A DNA stretch of 64,000 nt from Gemmatimonadota bacterium (GCA_039588275.1 JBDHAC010000009.1:25883-89882); one strand, 5' to 3'; shown: positions 50,563 to 59,779, numbered from the stretch's first letter. Program-made: numbers and translations. The notes: generated from the sequence alone by a model not told the origin.

Positions 50563-52062
50563 ATGACCGACCCCGCGCGGGTCGTGATCGAAGCCCTCCG
50601 GTTGGACCGTTGGTCTGCAGATGAGGTGGAGCGACGGGCGCGCTCGGCCCTGGCGGCTGGCGTTGGGGGATTCGTGCTCTTCGGCGGCGAGGCGCACGCC
50701 GTCAAACACCTGTGCCTGGAGTTGCGCGCCGCCGCAGAACGCCCTCTCTGGCTGGCCGCCGACCTGGAACGCGGCGCAGGGCAGCAATTCGCCGGGTGCT
50801 CCCAACTGCCGCCGCCCGCCGCGCTCGCCTCCCACCCGGACCCCATCTCGGCTGCACGGCTCGCCGCCGCCATCACGGGGAAGGAGGCGCGCGGCCTCGG
50901 CCTGAACTGGGTGCTGGCTCCGGTGCTGGATCTGGACGTCGAGCCCGATAACCCCATCGTCGCGACACGAAGCTTCGGCTCCGATCCGGAGCGGGTGACG
51001 GCGCTCGGCCGCGCCTGGATCCACGCTTGTCAGGCGGCGGGCGTGGCGTCGTGCGCGAAGCATTTCCCGGGTCACGGTCGGACCCGAGCCGACTCTCACA
51101 TGGAGCTGCCGGTCGTGGACGCCCCCGCCGCGCTGATTGCCGACGACCTGGCCCCGTTTCGAGGCGTGGCGGATCTGGTGGCCTCGGTGATGCCCGGACA
51201 CGTGGCCTTTCCAGCCCTCGGTCAGTCCGGTCCCGCGACCCGCTCCCACGCGATCGTGACCAAGCTGCTACGTGACGAGATGGCGTTTGGCGGCTTGGTG
51301 GTGACCGACGCGATGATCATGAGCGGCTTCGGCTCGAATCCCGAAGTCGACGCCGTGGAAGCGCTCCGCGCGGGGTGCGACCTGCTGCTGTATCCAGAGG
51401 ACGTGGAAGGCACCGTCCGGACGCTTGCGGACGCGGCGCGACGCGACTCGGCTCTCGAGGCGCGGGTTCGCGACTCTATCGCTCGCAGCGAGGCCCTGCT
51501 GGGCCGACTCGAGGGGCCCGACGCGCGCGGCGGCACCATGGGAGACGCACCCGAAGAGGCGAGTGACCCGGAGGCGCCGCTACGTCTCGCCACTTCGACG
51601 ATCCTCGACAGGGCGGGTGAGGCGCTCCGTGGCCTGGACCCGCACCGGGGCACGGAGGTGTGGATCGGGATCGACGATCCCGCGAGCCCGGGCGAGACGC
51701 CCTCCGACGAGTTCGGCGCGGCATTCACCCGCGAGCTGCAGATGGCCGGTTGGCGGGTCGGAGCGGACGTGAGACCCGGACACCTTGGCTACGTCGCCCA
51801 ACGGGTCGTCCTCTTGCAGGCGACGCCTCGTGGCTGGAAGGGACGAAGCGGCTTGAGCTCCCGGATGGCGGCTGCGGTCCGAGAGGCGCTGGGGGCCGCG
51901 GACCTCTCTGTGCCTATCGTCTTCGGGCACCCGCGGATCCTGGAGCAGCTGGGAGTGGAGGGCGCCTGCGCCTGGGCCATCGAACCGGTCATGGAGCGCG
52001 CCGCGGCCCGGTGGCTCCACCGCGCCGTCACCGGGCACCGCGACTCCGTGCCGCGCCGGTGA
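50563..52062 (+). CDS. nagZ: GH3 beta-N-acetylglucosaminidase (NagZ-like)
   Basis: ADLERG, APVLD, RSFG, KHFPGHG...DSH, VTDAM. Confidence 0.9.
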   Translation: MTDPARVVIEALRLDRWSADEVERRARSALAAGVGGFVLFGGEAHAVKHLCLELRAAAERPLWLAADLERGAGQQFAGCSQLPPPAALASHPDPISAARLAAAITGKEARGLGLNWVLAPVLDLDVEPDNPIVATRSFGSDPERVTALGRAWIHACQAAGVASCAKHFPGHGRTRADSHMELPVVDAPAALIADDLAPFRGVADLVASVMPGHVAFPALGQSGPATRSHAIVTKLLRDEMAFGGLVVTDAMIMSGFGSNPEVDAVEALRAGCDLLLYPEDVEGTVRTLADAARRDSALEARVRDSIARSEALLGRLEGPDARGGTMGDAPEEASDPEAPLRLATSTILDRAGEALRGLDPHRGTEVWIGIDDPASPGETPSDEFGAAFTRELQMAGWRVGADVRPGHLGYVAQRVVLLQATPRGWKGRSGLSSRMAAAVREALGAADLSVPIVFGHPRILEQLGVEGACAWAIEPVMERAAARWLHRAVTGHRDSVPRR

Positions 52063-53789
52063 GCGCATCCGATTGGTGGGTCGTTGGGGCCTACCTCGCC
52101 TGCACGCTGGTCGTGGGCCTGTGGCTCTCGCGACGCGCGTCCGGCGGACTGGTGGATTTCTTCGTTGGAGGTCGAGCTCTCCCGTGGTGGCTGGCGGGCA
52201 CCTCGATGGCCGCCACCACGTTCAGTGTAGACACTCCCCTGTATGTCTCGGCTCTCATCGCCCGTCGGGGGATCGCGGGCAACTGGGAGTGGTGGTCGTT
52301 CGCGCTCTCCCACATGCTGCTCATCTATCTGTTCGCCCGGTTGTGGCGCCGCGCAGAGGTCGTGACCGATGTCGAACTGACCGAGATTCGCTACGGGGGT
52401 AGACCTGCCGCGATCCTCCGCGCGGCGCGCGCCTTCCTGTTCGCCGTGCCGATCAACTGCATAGCGATCGGGTTCGTGATGCTTGCCATGCGCAAGGTCG
52501 TCGAGGCGTTGGGCTTGCTCTCGGGCCTCCCGGAGTGGCTGCCCGGAGATGAGCGGTTGTGGGCGGTCGTGGCGCTCTCGGGCTTCGTCCTGATCTACGC
52601 CGGCCTCGCCGGGCTCTGGGGCGTCGTCGCTACGGACTTCTTCCAGTTCTTCCTGGCTCTTGGTGGCGCGCTGCTGGTGGCGGGCTTCGCGATCGCCGAC
52701 ATCGGCGGGATCCCCGAGCTGAAGAGACAGCTGGCGGCGGCGGGGCACTCCGACGCGCTCCGCCTCCTCCCCAGCGGCGATCCCGACCTTCCGCTGAGCA
52801 CGTTCCTCGCGTACCTGGGCATCCAGTGGTGGGCATTCCGCCGATCGGATGGGGGAGGGGAGTTCGTCCAGCGGTTGTCGGGTTGCCGGAACGAGGCGGA
52901 TGCGGAGCGCGCGGCGTGGCTGTTCGCGATCCTGCACTACGTGGTCCGCGCCTGGCCCTGGATCCTGGTGGGTCTGGTGGCAGTGGTCGTCTTTCCGAAC
53001 CTGCAGGACCCGGACATGGGGTACCCCCTGCTCATGCTCCGCTACCTGCCGGCAGGCCTGCTCGGGCTGGTCGTCGCGTCCTTCGTCGCGGCGTTCATGT
53101 CGACCGTCTCGACGCAGATCAACTGGGGCGCCAGCTACCTGGTGAACGACCTGTACAGCCGATTCGTGAACCCGGATGCCTCGCAGCGCCGGCTCGTGAT
53201 GCTGGGTCGGCTGGGGTCGGTGTTCATCGTCGCGCTCGCCGGCCTGGCCGCGTTCTACGCCACTGACATCGGGGCCGTGTTTCGCTTCATGATCGCGATC
53301 GGGACCGGACCGGGGGCCGTACTGATCCTGCGCTGGTTCTGGTGGCGAGTGAACGCTTGGGCCGAGCTGGCCGCCATGCTCGCCGGCTTTCTGATTGCCC
53401 TCGCGTCGTATCTGCCGGCCTTCGGTGCGCTCGGCTTCGGCGAGCGGCTCGCGCTGACGGCGTTCGGGGCAGCGGCCGTATGGATCCCGGTCATGTTCCT
53501 GACGCGCCCGGAGAGCGGTGCCACGCTCGAGCGGTTCTACGCGCGCGTGCGGCCGGGTGGCCCGGGGTGGCGACGTATCCGGCCGGCGGGAGACCCATCG
53601 CCTCAACCGTTGGGTCGTAGCCTCGCACGAGCGGCCTTCGGGGCAATCGCTCTGTTCGGAGCCATGTTCGCGCTCGGAGCCGGCCTACTGTATGAGTGGA
53701 GGGCGGGTGCGTTATGGCTGATCCTCGCGCTCATCGGTGCGGGGTGTCTTGTGTTCGTGCGCCGCGGTGCGATCGATGCTGGCACGTAG
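52059..53789 (+). CDS. Sodium:solute symporter in the peptidoglycan recycling operon
   Basis: AGTSMAATTFSVDTP, GNWEWW, AAFMSTVSTQINWGASY, LRWFWWRVNAWAE; GTGA overlap. Confidence 0.92.
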   Translation: MSASDWWVVGAYLACTLVVGLWLSRRASGGLVDFFVGGRALPWWLAGTSMAATTFSVDTPLYVSALIARRGIAGNWEWWSFALSHMLLIYLFARLWRRAEVVTDVELTEIRYGGRPAAILRAARAFLFAVPINCIAIGFVMLAMRKVVEALGLLSGLPEWLPGDERLWAVVALSGFVLIYAGLAGLWGVVATDFFQFFLALGGALLVAGFAIADIGGIPELKRQLAAAGHSDALRLLPSGDPDLPLSTFLAYLGIQWWAFRRSDGGGEFVQRLSGCRNEADAERAAWLFAILHYVVRAWPWILVGLVAVVVFPNLQDPDMGYPLLMLRYLPAGLLGLVVASFVAAFMSTVSTQINWGASYLVNDLYSRFVNPDASQRRLVMLGRLGSVFIVALAGLAAFYATDIGAVFRFMIAIGTGPGAVLILRWFWWRVNAWAELAAMLAGFLIALASYLPAFGALGFGERLALTAFGAAAVWIPVMFLTRPESGATLERFYARVRPGGPGWRRIRPAGDPSPQPLGRSLARAAFGAIALFGAMFALGAGLLYEWRAGALWLILALIGAGCLVFVRRGAIDAGT

Positions 53790-53832
53790 CGTGTCAATCC
53801 TTCAGCGGCCGGCTAGAGGGGGGGTGGCCACG

Positions 53833-55935
53833 ATGGGAATCCGTCGCGGGCGGAGGGGAGGCTCGCATCGCCTGGGGATTGGTGCGCTGGCGCTCGCCGC
53901 TTCCGCGTGCGTAGGGACCGTACAGCCGCCCCCGTCGCAGTCTCCCGCGGACGCGAGGCCTGAGCCCGCTCCGACCGAGCGGCAGCCACCGGCGCCGGCC
54001 GACACGGTGCGCCCCGAGCCCGAAGGAGCGCGGGCCGCCGCCCTGCCCCCGATTCCGACGTTCACGGGCCCCGTAGATCTGCAGGTCCAATACCCTCGGG
54101 CTCGTCAGCGACTGACGGCCGCCGACTCGAACTTCATCTTCGGGTCCGTCGGGACCGGTGACGCACGACTCGAGATCAACGACGTGCCGATCCCGGTGCA
54201 CGCCAACGGGGCGTTCCTCGCCTGGCTGCCCGTGCCCCAATCGACGCACGGGGACACGGCCGTGTACAGGCTTACGGCTCGCCGCGACACTCAACAGGTC
54301 GAGTTGGACCTTCAGGTGCTGCTGCCGTACGATCCGCGATGGGCTGTGGAGCGCCCCGCGATCGAAACGGCGGGCTTCGAACGCATGCGGGAGCGCTGGG
54401 TGCTTCCCGGCGAGCCGATCGAGCTTGTGGTTCGGGGCGAGCGGGGTCTCGAGGTGTGGCTCGAAGCCGGGGAAGCGCGTTTTCCACTGTCCTCGCGCCC
54501 TATCGCCGGGGGACCCGTGGGTCGCTACGGAATCACCATCGACCCTCGCGAGCTTCGGGATGCAGCCTGCGGCGCCGGTCCCGGCGCCGCAGGCTGCCGC
54601 CCCACCACGGAAGAGCTCCTCTCGCGGGCGGAAGAGGTCGCCCGCACGCTGGCGGTCGACACGCTCGCGCTCGGTCTGGTAGCGACGGACGGACGCGACA
54701 CGACCTTCAGCGAAGGAGACCTGACGCTCGGCTGGCTCACCCCGAATGATCTACCGGCCGCGGTGCTCCTGGAGGGTCCCGATCCCATCAACGGGCTGAG
54801 CCGAGTCGTGGTGGGGCGTCCCACACCCTCCGGTCCGTACAGGTGGAGGTTCCCCAACGGGACTCGGGTGCTGGTCAGCGGCCGGCTGGGGGACCGGCTT
54901 CGCCTGCGCCTCGGAGACGGCCTCGATGCGTGGGTCCTCGCGGAGGATGTGGACTGGGTAGCCGACGAAACGTCTCGAGATCCCGTCCGGGTGTACGACG
55001 TGCGCGTCGAGCCGAGCCATGACCGGGTCACCCTTCGCCTGGGCGTCTCGTCCGCGCTTCCGATCGAGGTGAGCCAATCGGATGACCGCACGTTGCACCT
55101 CACTCTCTTCGACGCCCTGGGGGAAACGAGCCGTATGGTGTACGGGGAGGGGGATCCGCTCATCGCCTCCATGGAATGGGCACAGCTTCCAGGGGCGCGC
55201 TATCGCCTGACGCTCCGTCTGACCGAGCCCGTGTGGGGGCACCGGGCGTCGTTCGAGCCGGGGGCGAGCCGCACGTACGAAGGGCCGCGGGGGGGGGCGC
55301 TTGCGTCGGACGATGGGGGCGTCATCCTCCGCTTCGAGGTTCGCCGCCCGCCCGACATCGATAGCGACCGTCCGCTGCTCGGTCGCAGGATCGCGATCGA
55401 CCCGGGCCACCCCGGCGGGGGAAGTCACGGCCCGACCGGCTTCTACGAAGGCGACGCGAATCTGGCGATAGCGCGCCACCTGGTGAAGCTGCTCGAGGAG
55501 GCCGGAGCCGAACCGGTGCTCATCCGGTCCGACGGGAACGCCATGGGCCTCTACGAGCGGACGCGCCGCGCGGTGGACGCGAACGCGGAGCTCTTCGTGT
55601 CGATCCACAACAACGCGCTCCCCGATGGTGTCCGGCCGTTCGGGCGCGAGGGCACCAGCACCTACTACTACCACTCGCACGCGCGCGCGCTGGCGCGCGC
55701 GATCCAGGATGGCCTTCTGCGCGAGATGGGGTTGCGCGACCTGGGCATCCGGTGGGGCGACCTGGCGGTCGCTCGCTTGCCGTGGATGCCGTCGGTGCTC
55801 GCCGAGGGCGCCTTCATGATGATGCCGCAGCACGAGGCCGCACTTCGCACGCGTGAATTCCAGGAGCGCTACGCGCGGGGCGTTCTGCGGGGCCTCGAGG
55901 CGTTTCTGAGAACGCACGTCAAGGAGGATCGGTGA
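53833..55935 (+). CDS. Lipoprotein N-acetylmuramoyl-L-alanine amidase (Amidase_3)
   Basis: Lipobox ASAC; C-terminal IDPGH, E..ANL, SIHNNA, VLAE zinc/catalytic motifs. Confidence 0.9.
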   Translation: MGIRRGRRGGSHRLGIGALALAASACVGTVQPPPSQSPADARPEPAPTERQPPAPADTVRPEPEGARAAALPPIPTFTGPVDLQVQYPRARQRLTAADSNFIFGSVGTGDARLEINDVPIPVHANGAFLAWLPVPQSTHGDTAVYRLTARRDTQQVELDLQVLLPYDPRWAVERPAIETAGFERMRERWVLPGEPIELVVRGERGLEVWLEAGEARFPLSSRPIAGGPVGRYGITIDPRELRDAACGAGPGAAGCRPTTEELLSRAEEVARTLAVDTLALGLVATDGRDTTFSEGDLTLGWLTPNDLPAAVLLEGPDPINGLSRVVVGRPTPSGPYRWRFPNGTRVLVSGRLGDRLRLRLGDGLDAWVLAEDVDWVADETSRDPVRVYDVRVEPSHDRVTLRLGVSSALPIEVSQSDDRTLHLTLFDALGETSRMVYGEGDPLIASMEWAQLPGARYRLTLRLTEPVWGHRASFEPGASRTYEGPRGGALASDDGGVILRFEVRRPPDIDSDRPLLGRRIAIDPGHPGGGSHGPTGFYEGDANLAIARHLVKLLEEAGAEPVLIRSDGNAMGLYERTRRAVDANAELFVSIHNNALPDGVRPFGREGTSTYYYHSHARALARAIQDGLLREMGLRDLGIRWGDLAVARLPWMPSVLAEGAFMMMPQHEAALRTREFQERYARGVLRGLEAFLRTHVKEDR

Positions 55936-56468
55936 ACCTGGAGGAGCTCCCGACGAACGAGCGGCCGAGCATTCACCCGACCGCGTACGTCGCCCCCTCG
56001 GCCACTGTCGTGGGGGACGTCACCCTCGAGGCCGACGTGAGCGTCTGGTACGGCTGCATGCTGCGCGGCGACATCGCCCCCATCACGGTGGGCGCCGAGA
56101 CCAATATCCAGGACCTGACGGTCGTTCACGTCGATCAGGGGCGGGGAACGAAGATCGGCCCCCGGGTGGGCATCGGCCACCGGGCGATCATTCACGGGTG
56201 TGACATCGAGGCGGAGTGTCTGATCGGGATGGGGGCGATCGTCCTCACGGGCGCCGTGATCGGGGGCGGATCGGTGATCGCAGCGGGTGCCCTGGTGCCG
56301 GAGGGAATGCGCGTACCACGCGGCAGCCTGGTGGTCGGAGTCCCCGGCCGAGTCGTCCGTCAGGTAGACGATGAGCTGCGCGCGCGCATCCTCCGAACCG
56401 TCTCCGACTACAAGACCGTCAAGGAAGGCCATCGAAGCGGGCGCTGGCGCGGTCCGCATCGCCTATAA
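55932..56468 (+). CDS. Gamma carbonic anhydrase family (YrdA/PaaY-like)
   Basis: Hexapeptide repeats; LRGD, NIQD..VVH, GH.AIIHGC, GMGA. Confidence 0.92.
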   Translation: MNLEELPTNERPSIHPTAYVAPSATVVGDVTLEADVSVWYGCMLRGDIAPITVGAETNIQDLTVVHVDQGRGTKIGPRVGIGHRAIIHGCDIEAECLIGMGAIVLTGAVIGGGSVIAAGALVPEGMRVPRGSLVVGVPGRVVRQVDDELRARILRTVSDYKTVKEGHRSGRWRGPHRL

Positions 56469-56577
56469 TGAATTGTGAATTAGCCACTTAACACTGCAGA
56501 TGCGTGCCCTCGGAATATCGCTGTCCGTCCAATCTGCACCTGTGCCTCGTCACCCGGATCCGAGTCCGATCCAAACC

Positions 56578-56606
56578 TTGACCACAACATGTTGTGGCAT
56601 TACTAT
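56578..56606 (+). promoter_or_regulatory. sigma70 promoter of nrdJ (TTGACC-N17-TACTAT)
   Basis: Near-consensus -35 at 56578-56583 and -10 at 56601-56606. Confidence 0.75.
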
Positions 56607-56629
56607 TCGTCCGCCACAAGATGTTGCGG
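56582..56629. promoter_or_regulatory. Tandem NrdR boxes upstream of nrdJ
   Basis: Perfect palindrome CCACAACATGTTGTGG (56582-56597) and CCACAAGATGTTGCGG (56614-56629), 32 bp apart; match the acaCwAtATaTwGtgt NrdR consensus in front of an RNR gene. Confidence 0.88.
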
Positions 56630-56634
56630 TTTCG

Positions 56635-56697
56635 TGTGGAGAAGTCCCGGGAAACGTCGGGAAACGTGTAGAAAAACAAATCCGCCGTTGTGGATAA
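56635..56697. promoter_or_regulatory. DnaA box cluster
   Basis: Perfect TGTGGATAA (56689-56697), TGTGGAGAA (56635-56643), TGTAGAAAA (56667-56675). Confidence 0.6.
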
Positions 56698-56699
56698 AC

Positions 56700-56935
56700 G
56701 GCGGTCCCCAGCCGTAAGGCTAGCTCCAATACGAGGATAGGCCTGCGGCAGCGTGTCGCTGCCCGCCAAATCACCGGCGTAGGCCGGCATTCGACTTGCG
56801 CGGTCGTCGGATCCCGGCCGAAGCCGGTGTCCTCTCTGGGGTTGCCACCTCGTTTTGGCTCGGGGGTATGGTACGCAGCCCGGTCGCCGTGACGGTGGCC
56901 GATCACACCCATTCAGGCTTCGGAACAACGAGGAA
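56700..56935 (+). ncRNA. Structured cis-regulatory 5' leader of nrdJ (riboswitch-like)
   Basis: Multiple nested stems; anti-SD CCTCGTT (56848-56854) is complementary to AACGAGG (56927-56933) at the RBS; competing partner CCAATACGAGG (56726-56736). Confidence 0.55.
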
Positions 56936-56940
56936 GGGCG

Positions 56941-59577
56941 ATGAACCGACCCAACGTGGCGGTGATGGGGGAGTCGTCGGTACGGCCGACGGAGGAGATG
57001 GGTACGTCAGGGGTGATCGCCACGCCTGCGGAGCTGCCGGAGCCGATCCTGACCGATAACGCTCACACGGTGCTGGCTCGCAGATACCTCAAGAAGAACG
57101 CGGCCGGAGAACCGATCGAGACCCCCCGGGACCTCTTCTGGCGAGTCGCCCGCGTCATCGCCGGGGAGGATGCCCGGTATGGCGCCTCCGAAGCGCACGT
57201 GCACTCGACCGCCGTGCGCTTTTACGACATGATGGCCGACGGTCTGTTCGAGCCCAACAGCCCCACGCTGATGAACGCCGGGCGGCCCCTGGGGCAACTC
57301 AGCGCCTGCTTCGTCCTGCCTGTCCCGGACAGCCTCGAAGGGATTTACGAGACGCTGCGCGACATGGCGCTCATCCATCAGAGCGGGGGCGGCACGGGCT
57401 TCGGATTCAGCCGCTTGAGACCGCAGGGGGACGTCGTGAAGTCCACCATGGGCGTGGCGAGCGGGCCGGTCAGCTTCATGGAGGTGTACGACGCATCGAC
57501 CGAGGCCGTGAAGCAGGGCGGGACCCGCCGCGGCGCCAATATGGGCATCCTACGCGTGGATCATCCCGACATCCTGGGCTTCATCGACTGCAAGGCCGAG
57601 AAGCACAAGGTCACGAACTTCAACATCTCCGTAGCCGTCACGGGCAGCTTCATGGAGGCCGCGAAGCGGGGAGAAGACTACGACTTGATCAGCCCCCGGA
57701 CTGGTGAGTCGGTGGGTCGGCTGAATGCGGCCGCGGTGTTCGAGAAGATCATCCATGGGGCGTGGAGAAACGGGGAGCCGGGCGTCTACTTCATCGATGA
57801 AGCGAACCGCTACAACCCGGCCCCGCACCTGGGGTCGTACGAGGCTACGAATCCCTGCGGCGAGCAGCCGTTGCTCCCGTACGACGTGTGCAACCTCGGT
57901 TCGGTCAACGTCGGCCACTTCGTGACGGACGATGCACGCATCGACTGGGACGGTCTGCGCGATGCTGTCCGGGACGCGACGCACTTCCTGGACAACGTGA
58001 TCGACGCGAACCGTTATCCGCTACCGCAAATCACGGATCTGTCTCGTCGGATTCGTAGGGTCGGTCTCGGCATCATGGGTTGGGCCGACATGCTCGTGCG
58101 GTTGGGTGAGCCGTACGGTTCCCGGCGCTCGATCGAGCTGGGACGGGAGGTGATGAGGTTCGTGAACGAGGAGGCCAAGGTAGAGTCCGAACGCCTGGCG
58201 GCTTCGCGAGGCGTGTTCCCCGAATGGGAGCGGTCGATTTGGGGCCCGGACGAAACATGCGCGCGCGACGGGGAGGGGAAGAGGGTCCGCCCCATGCGGC
58301 GTATGCGAAACTGCAACCTGACCACCGTCGCGCCGACGGGAACGATATCGATCATCGCCGGTTGTTCGAGCGGCATCGAGCCGCTGTTCGCCGTCGCGTT
58401 CATGCGAAACCAGGCTGGCACTCTGATGCCGGACGTGAATCCGGAGTTCGTGCGCCGTGCGGAGGAAGGGGGGTGGTACTCCGAGGAGCTGATGAGCCGG
58501 ATTGCCGACGAGGGCCATATCCACTTCGACGAGGTGTCGGAGGATGTGCAGAGGATCTTCGTCACGGCGCACGACGTCACGCCCGAGCAGCACATCAGAA
58601 TGCAGGCCGCGTTCCAGGAATACACCGATTCTGCGATCTCGAAGACGTGCAACTTCCCGACGTCGGCAACCGAGGAGGATGTGCGCGAGATCTACGAGCT
58701 AGCCTACGAGCTGAGGTGCAAGGGGGTCACGGTATACCGCGATGGCTCGAGGGACGAGCAGGTACTCTCGACGGGCCAGACGGCCAAGGACGTGCAGCGG
58801 GTCGCGGGTGCGGACACCTCGGGCGGCCCGACCGCGGCTTTGGAGGCGGTTCTGGAGGAGGTCGCCGTGGATCCCGGCGTGGCGGAGGATCTGGCAGCCC
58901 AGCTCGCCCGCCTGGCAGAGCTCGAGAATCAGACGCGCGAGCTGGAGGAGCAGAACCGGCAACTGGGCCAGACCCTCGAGGAGAAGGACTTGCGGATCGC
59001 CGAGCTCGAGGGTGGTCACATGAAGCCCGCCTCGATGCGACAGCGACCCAGCGTGCTGCGAGGTCATACGCGCAAGATCGAGACGCCCCTCGGAAACATG
59101 TACGTCACGATCAACGAGGATGACCAGGCGCGCCCGTTCGAGGTCTTTGTGGCCCTGGGGAAGGCAGGTGGCCCGGCGATGGCGGACGCCGAAGCGGTCG
59201 GTCGGCTGATCAGCCTCGCCCTTCGGTCCGGGATCTCGCTGCGTGACATCCACAAACAACTTCGAGGTATCTCCTCCGATCGTGCCGTGGGGCTCGGTCC
59301 CAACAAGGTGCTGTCGAGCCCCGATGCGATCGCACAGGTGATCGAGAAGTACCTGGACGAAAAAGAGGGTGTACAGCAGTCTCTTCCCATCCAGGAAGTC
59401 GGGCACGGCAAGGACTCCAATGGCGGGACGCAGAGCGCCGAACGCCCGGTCATCTCCCGCTATGAGGAGACCGCGGCCAGGCTGTTCATCGGAACGTGCC
59501 CCGACTGCCGGAGCAGCATGGCGTTCGAGGAAGGTTGCGCGAAGTGTCACGCCTGCGGCTACAGCGAGTGCGGCTGA
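56941..59577 (+). CDS. nrdJ: Class II (adenosylcobalamin-dependent) ribonucleotide reductase with C-terminal TSCPD domain and Zn ribbon
   Basis: PNSPTLMNAG, LSACFV, GGGTG, RRGANMG, TNPCGEQPL, CNLGS, APTGT, KGVTVYRDGSR; ends CPDC...CHACGYSECG; no radical-transfer YY pair, no intein. Confidence 0.95.
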   Translation: MNRPNVAVMGESSVRPTEEMGTSGVIATPAELPEPILTDNAHTVLARRYLKKNAAGEPIETPRDLFWRVARVIAGEDARYGASEAHVHSTAVRFYDMMADGLFEPNSPTLMNAGRPLGQLSACFVLPVPDSLEGIYETLRDMALIHQSGGGTGFGFSRLRPQGDVVKSTMGVASGPVSFMEVYDASTEAVKQGGTRRGANMGILRVDHPDILGFIDCKAEKHKVTNFNISVAVTGSFMEAAKRGEDYDLISPRTGESVGRLNAAAVFEKIIHGAWRNGEPGVYFIDEANRYNPAPHLGSYEATNPCGEQPLLPYDVCNLGSVNVGHFVTDDARIDWDGLRDAVRDATHFLDNVIDANRYPLPQITDLSRRIRRVGLGIMGWADMLVRLGEPYGSRRSIELGREVMRFVNEEAKVESERLAASRGVFPEWERSIWGPDETCARDGEGKRVRPMRRMRNCNLTTVAPTGTISIIAGCSSGIEPLFAVAFMRNQAGTLMPDVNPEFVRRAEEGGWYSEELMSRIADEGHIHFDEVSEDVQRIFVTAHDVTPEQHIRMQAAFQEYTDSAISKTCNFPTSATEEDVREIYELAYELRCKGVTVYRDGSRDEQVLSTGQTAKDVQRVAGADTSGGPTAALEAVLEEVAVDPGVAEDLAAQLARLAELENQTRELEEQNRQLGQTLEEKDLRIAELEGGHMKPASMRQRPSVLRGHTRKIETPLGNMYVTINEDDQARPFEVFVALGKAGGPAMADAEAVGRLISLALRSGISLRDIHKQLRGISSDRAVGLGPNKVLSSPDAIAQVIEKYLDEKEGVQQSLPIQEVGHGKDSNGGTQSAERPVISRYEETAARLFIGTCPDCRSSMAFEEGCAKCHACGYSECG

Positions 59578-59591
59578 ACCGACCCTCGCGC

Positions 59592-59620
59592 TTGCTCGGC
59601 TAGACGCCCCAGCATACAAT
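59592..59620 (+). promoter_or_regulatory. sigma70 promoter downstream of nrdJ (TTGCTC-N17-TACAAT)
   Basis: -35 at 59592-59597, -10 at 59615-59620. Confidence 0.7.
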
Positions 59621-59660
59621 ATGTTGGGTCTCCTCCCGGCGTATCCACAACATGTTGTGG
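59614..59660. promoter_or_regulatory. Second pair of tandem NrdR boxes
   Basis: ATACAATATGTTGGGT (59614-59629) and CCACAACATGTTGTGG (59645-59660, identical to the nrdJ box), 31 bp apart. Confidence 0.82.
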
Positions 59661-59737
59661 GTAATGTGTGGAAAACGCCCTCGATTGTGGATGCCCGGTG
59701 GGCCGTCTGTGGAAAAGTCCGAGGACCGCGTGGAAAC
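59641..59737. promoter_or_regulatory. DnaA box-like array
   Basis: GTATCCACA 59641, TGTGGGTAA 59656, TGTGGAAAA 59667, TGTGGATGC 59686, TGTGGAAAA 59708, CGTGGAAAC 59729. Confidence 0.55.
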
Positions 59738-59779
59738 CGAGGACGGAGGTCGGCCTAGAACCGCACCAGGGAGTGACCG

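Noticed and set aside
56470..56700. Replication origin oriC
   Set aside because: DnaA boxes are present but there is no extended AT-rich unwinding element and no dnaA/dnaN/gidA context; better explained as nrdJ regulation
56640..56935. Cobalamin riboswitch upstream of B12-dependent nrdJ
   Set aside because: No recognisable GCCACTG/GGGAAG core or B12 box; kept as an unknown structured leader instead
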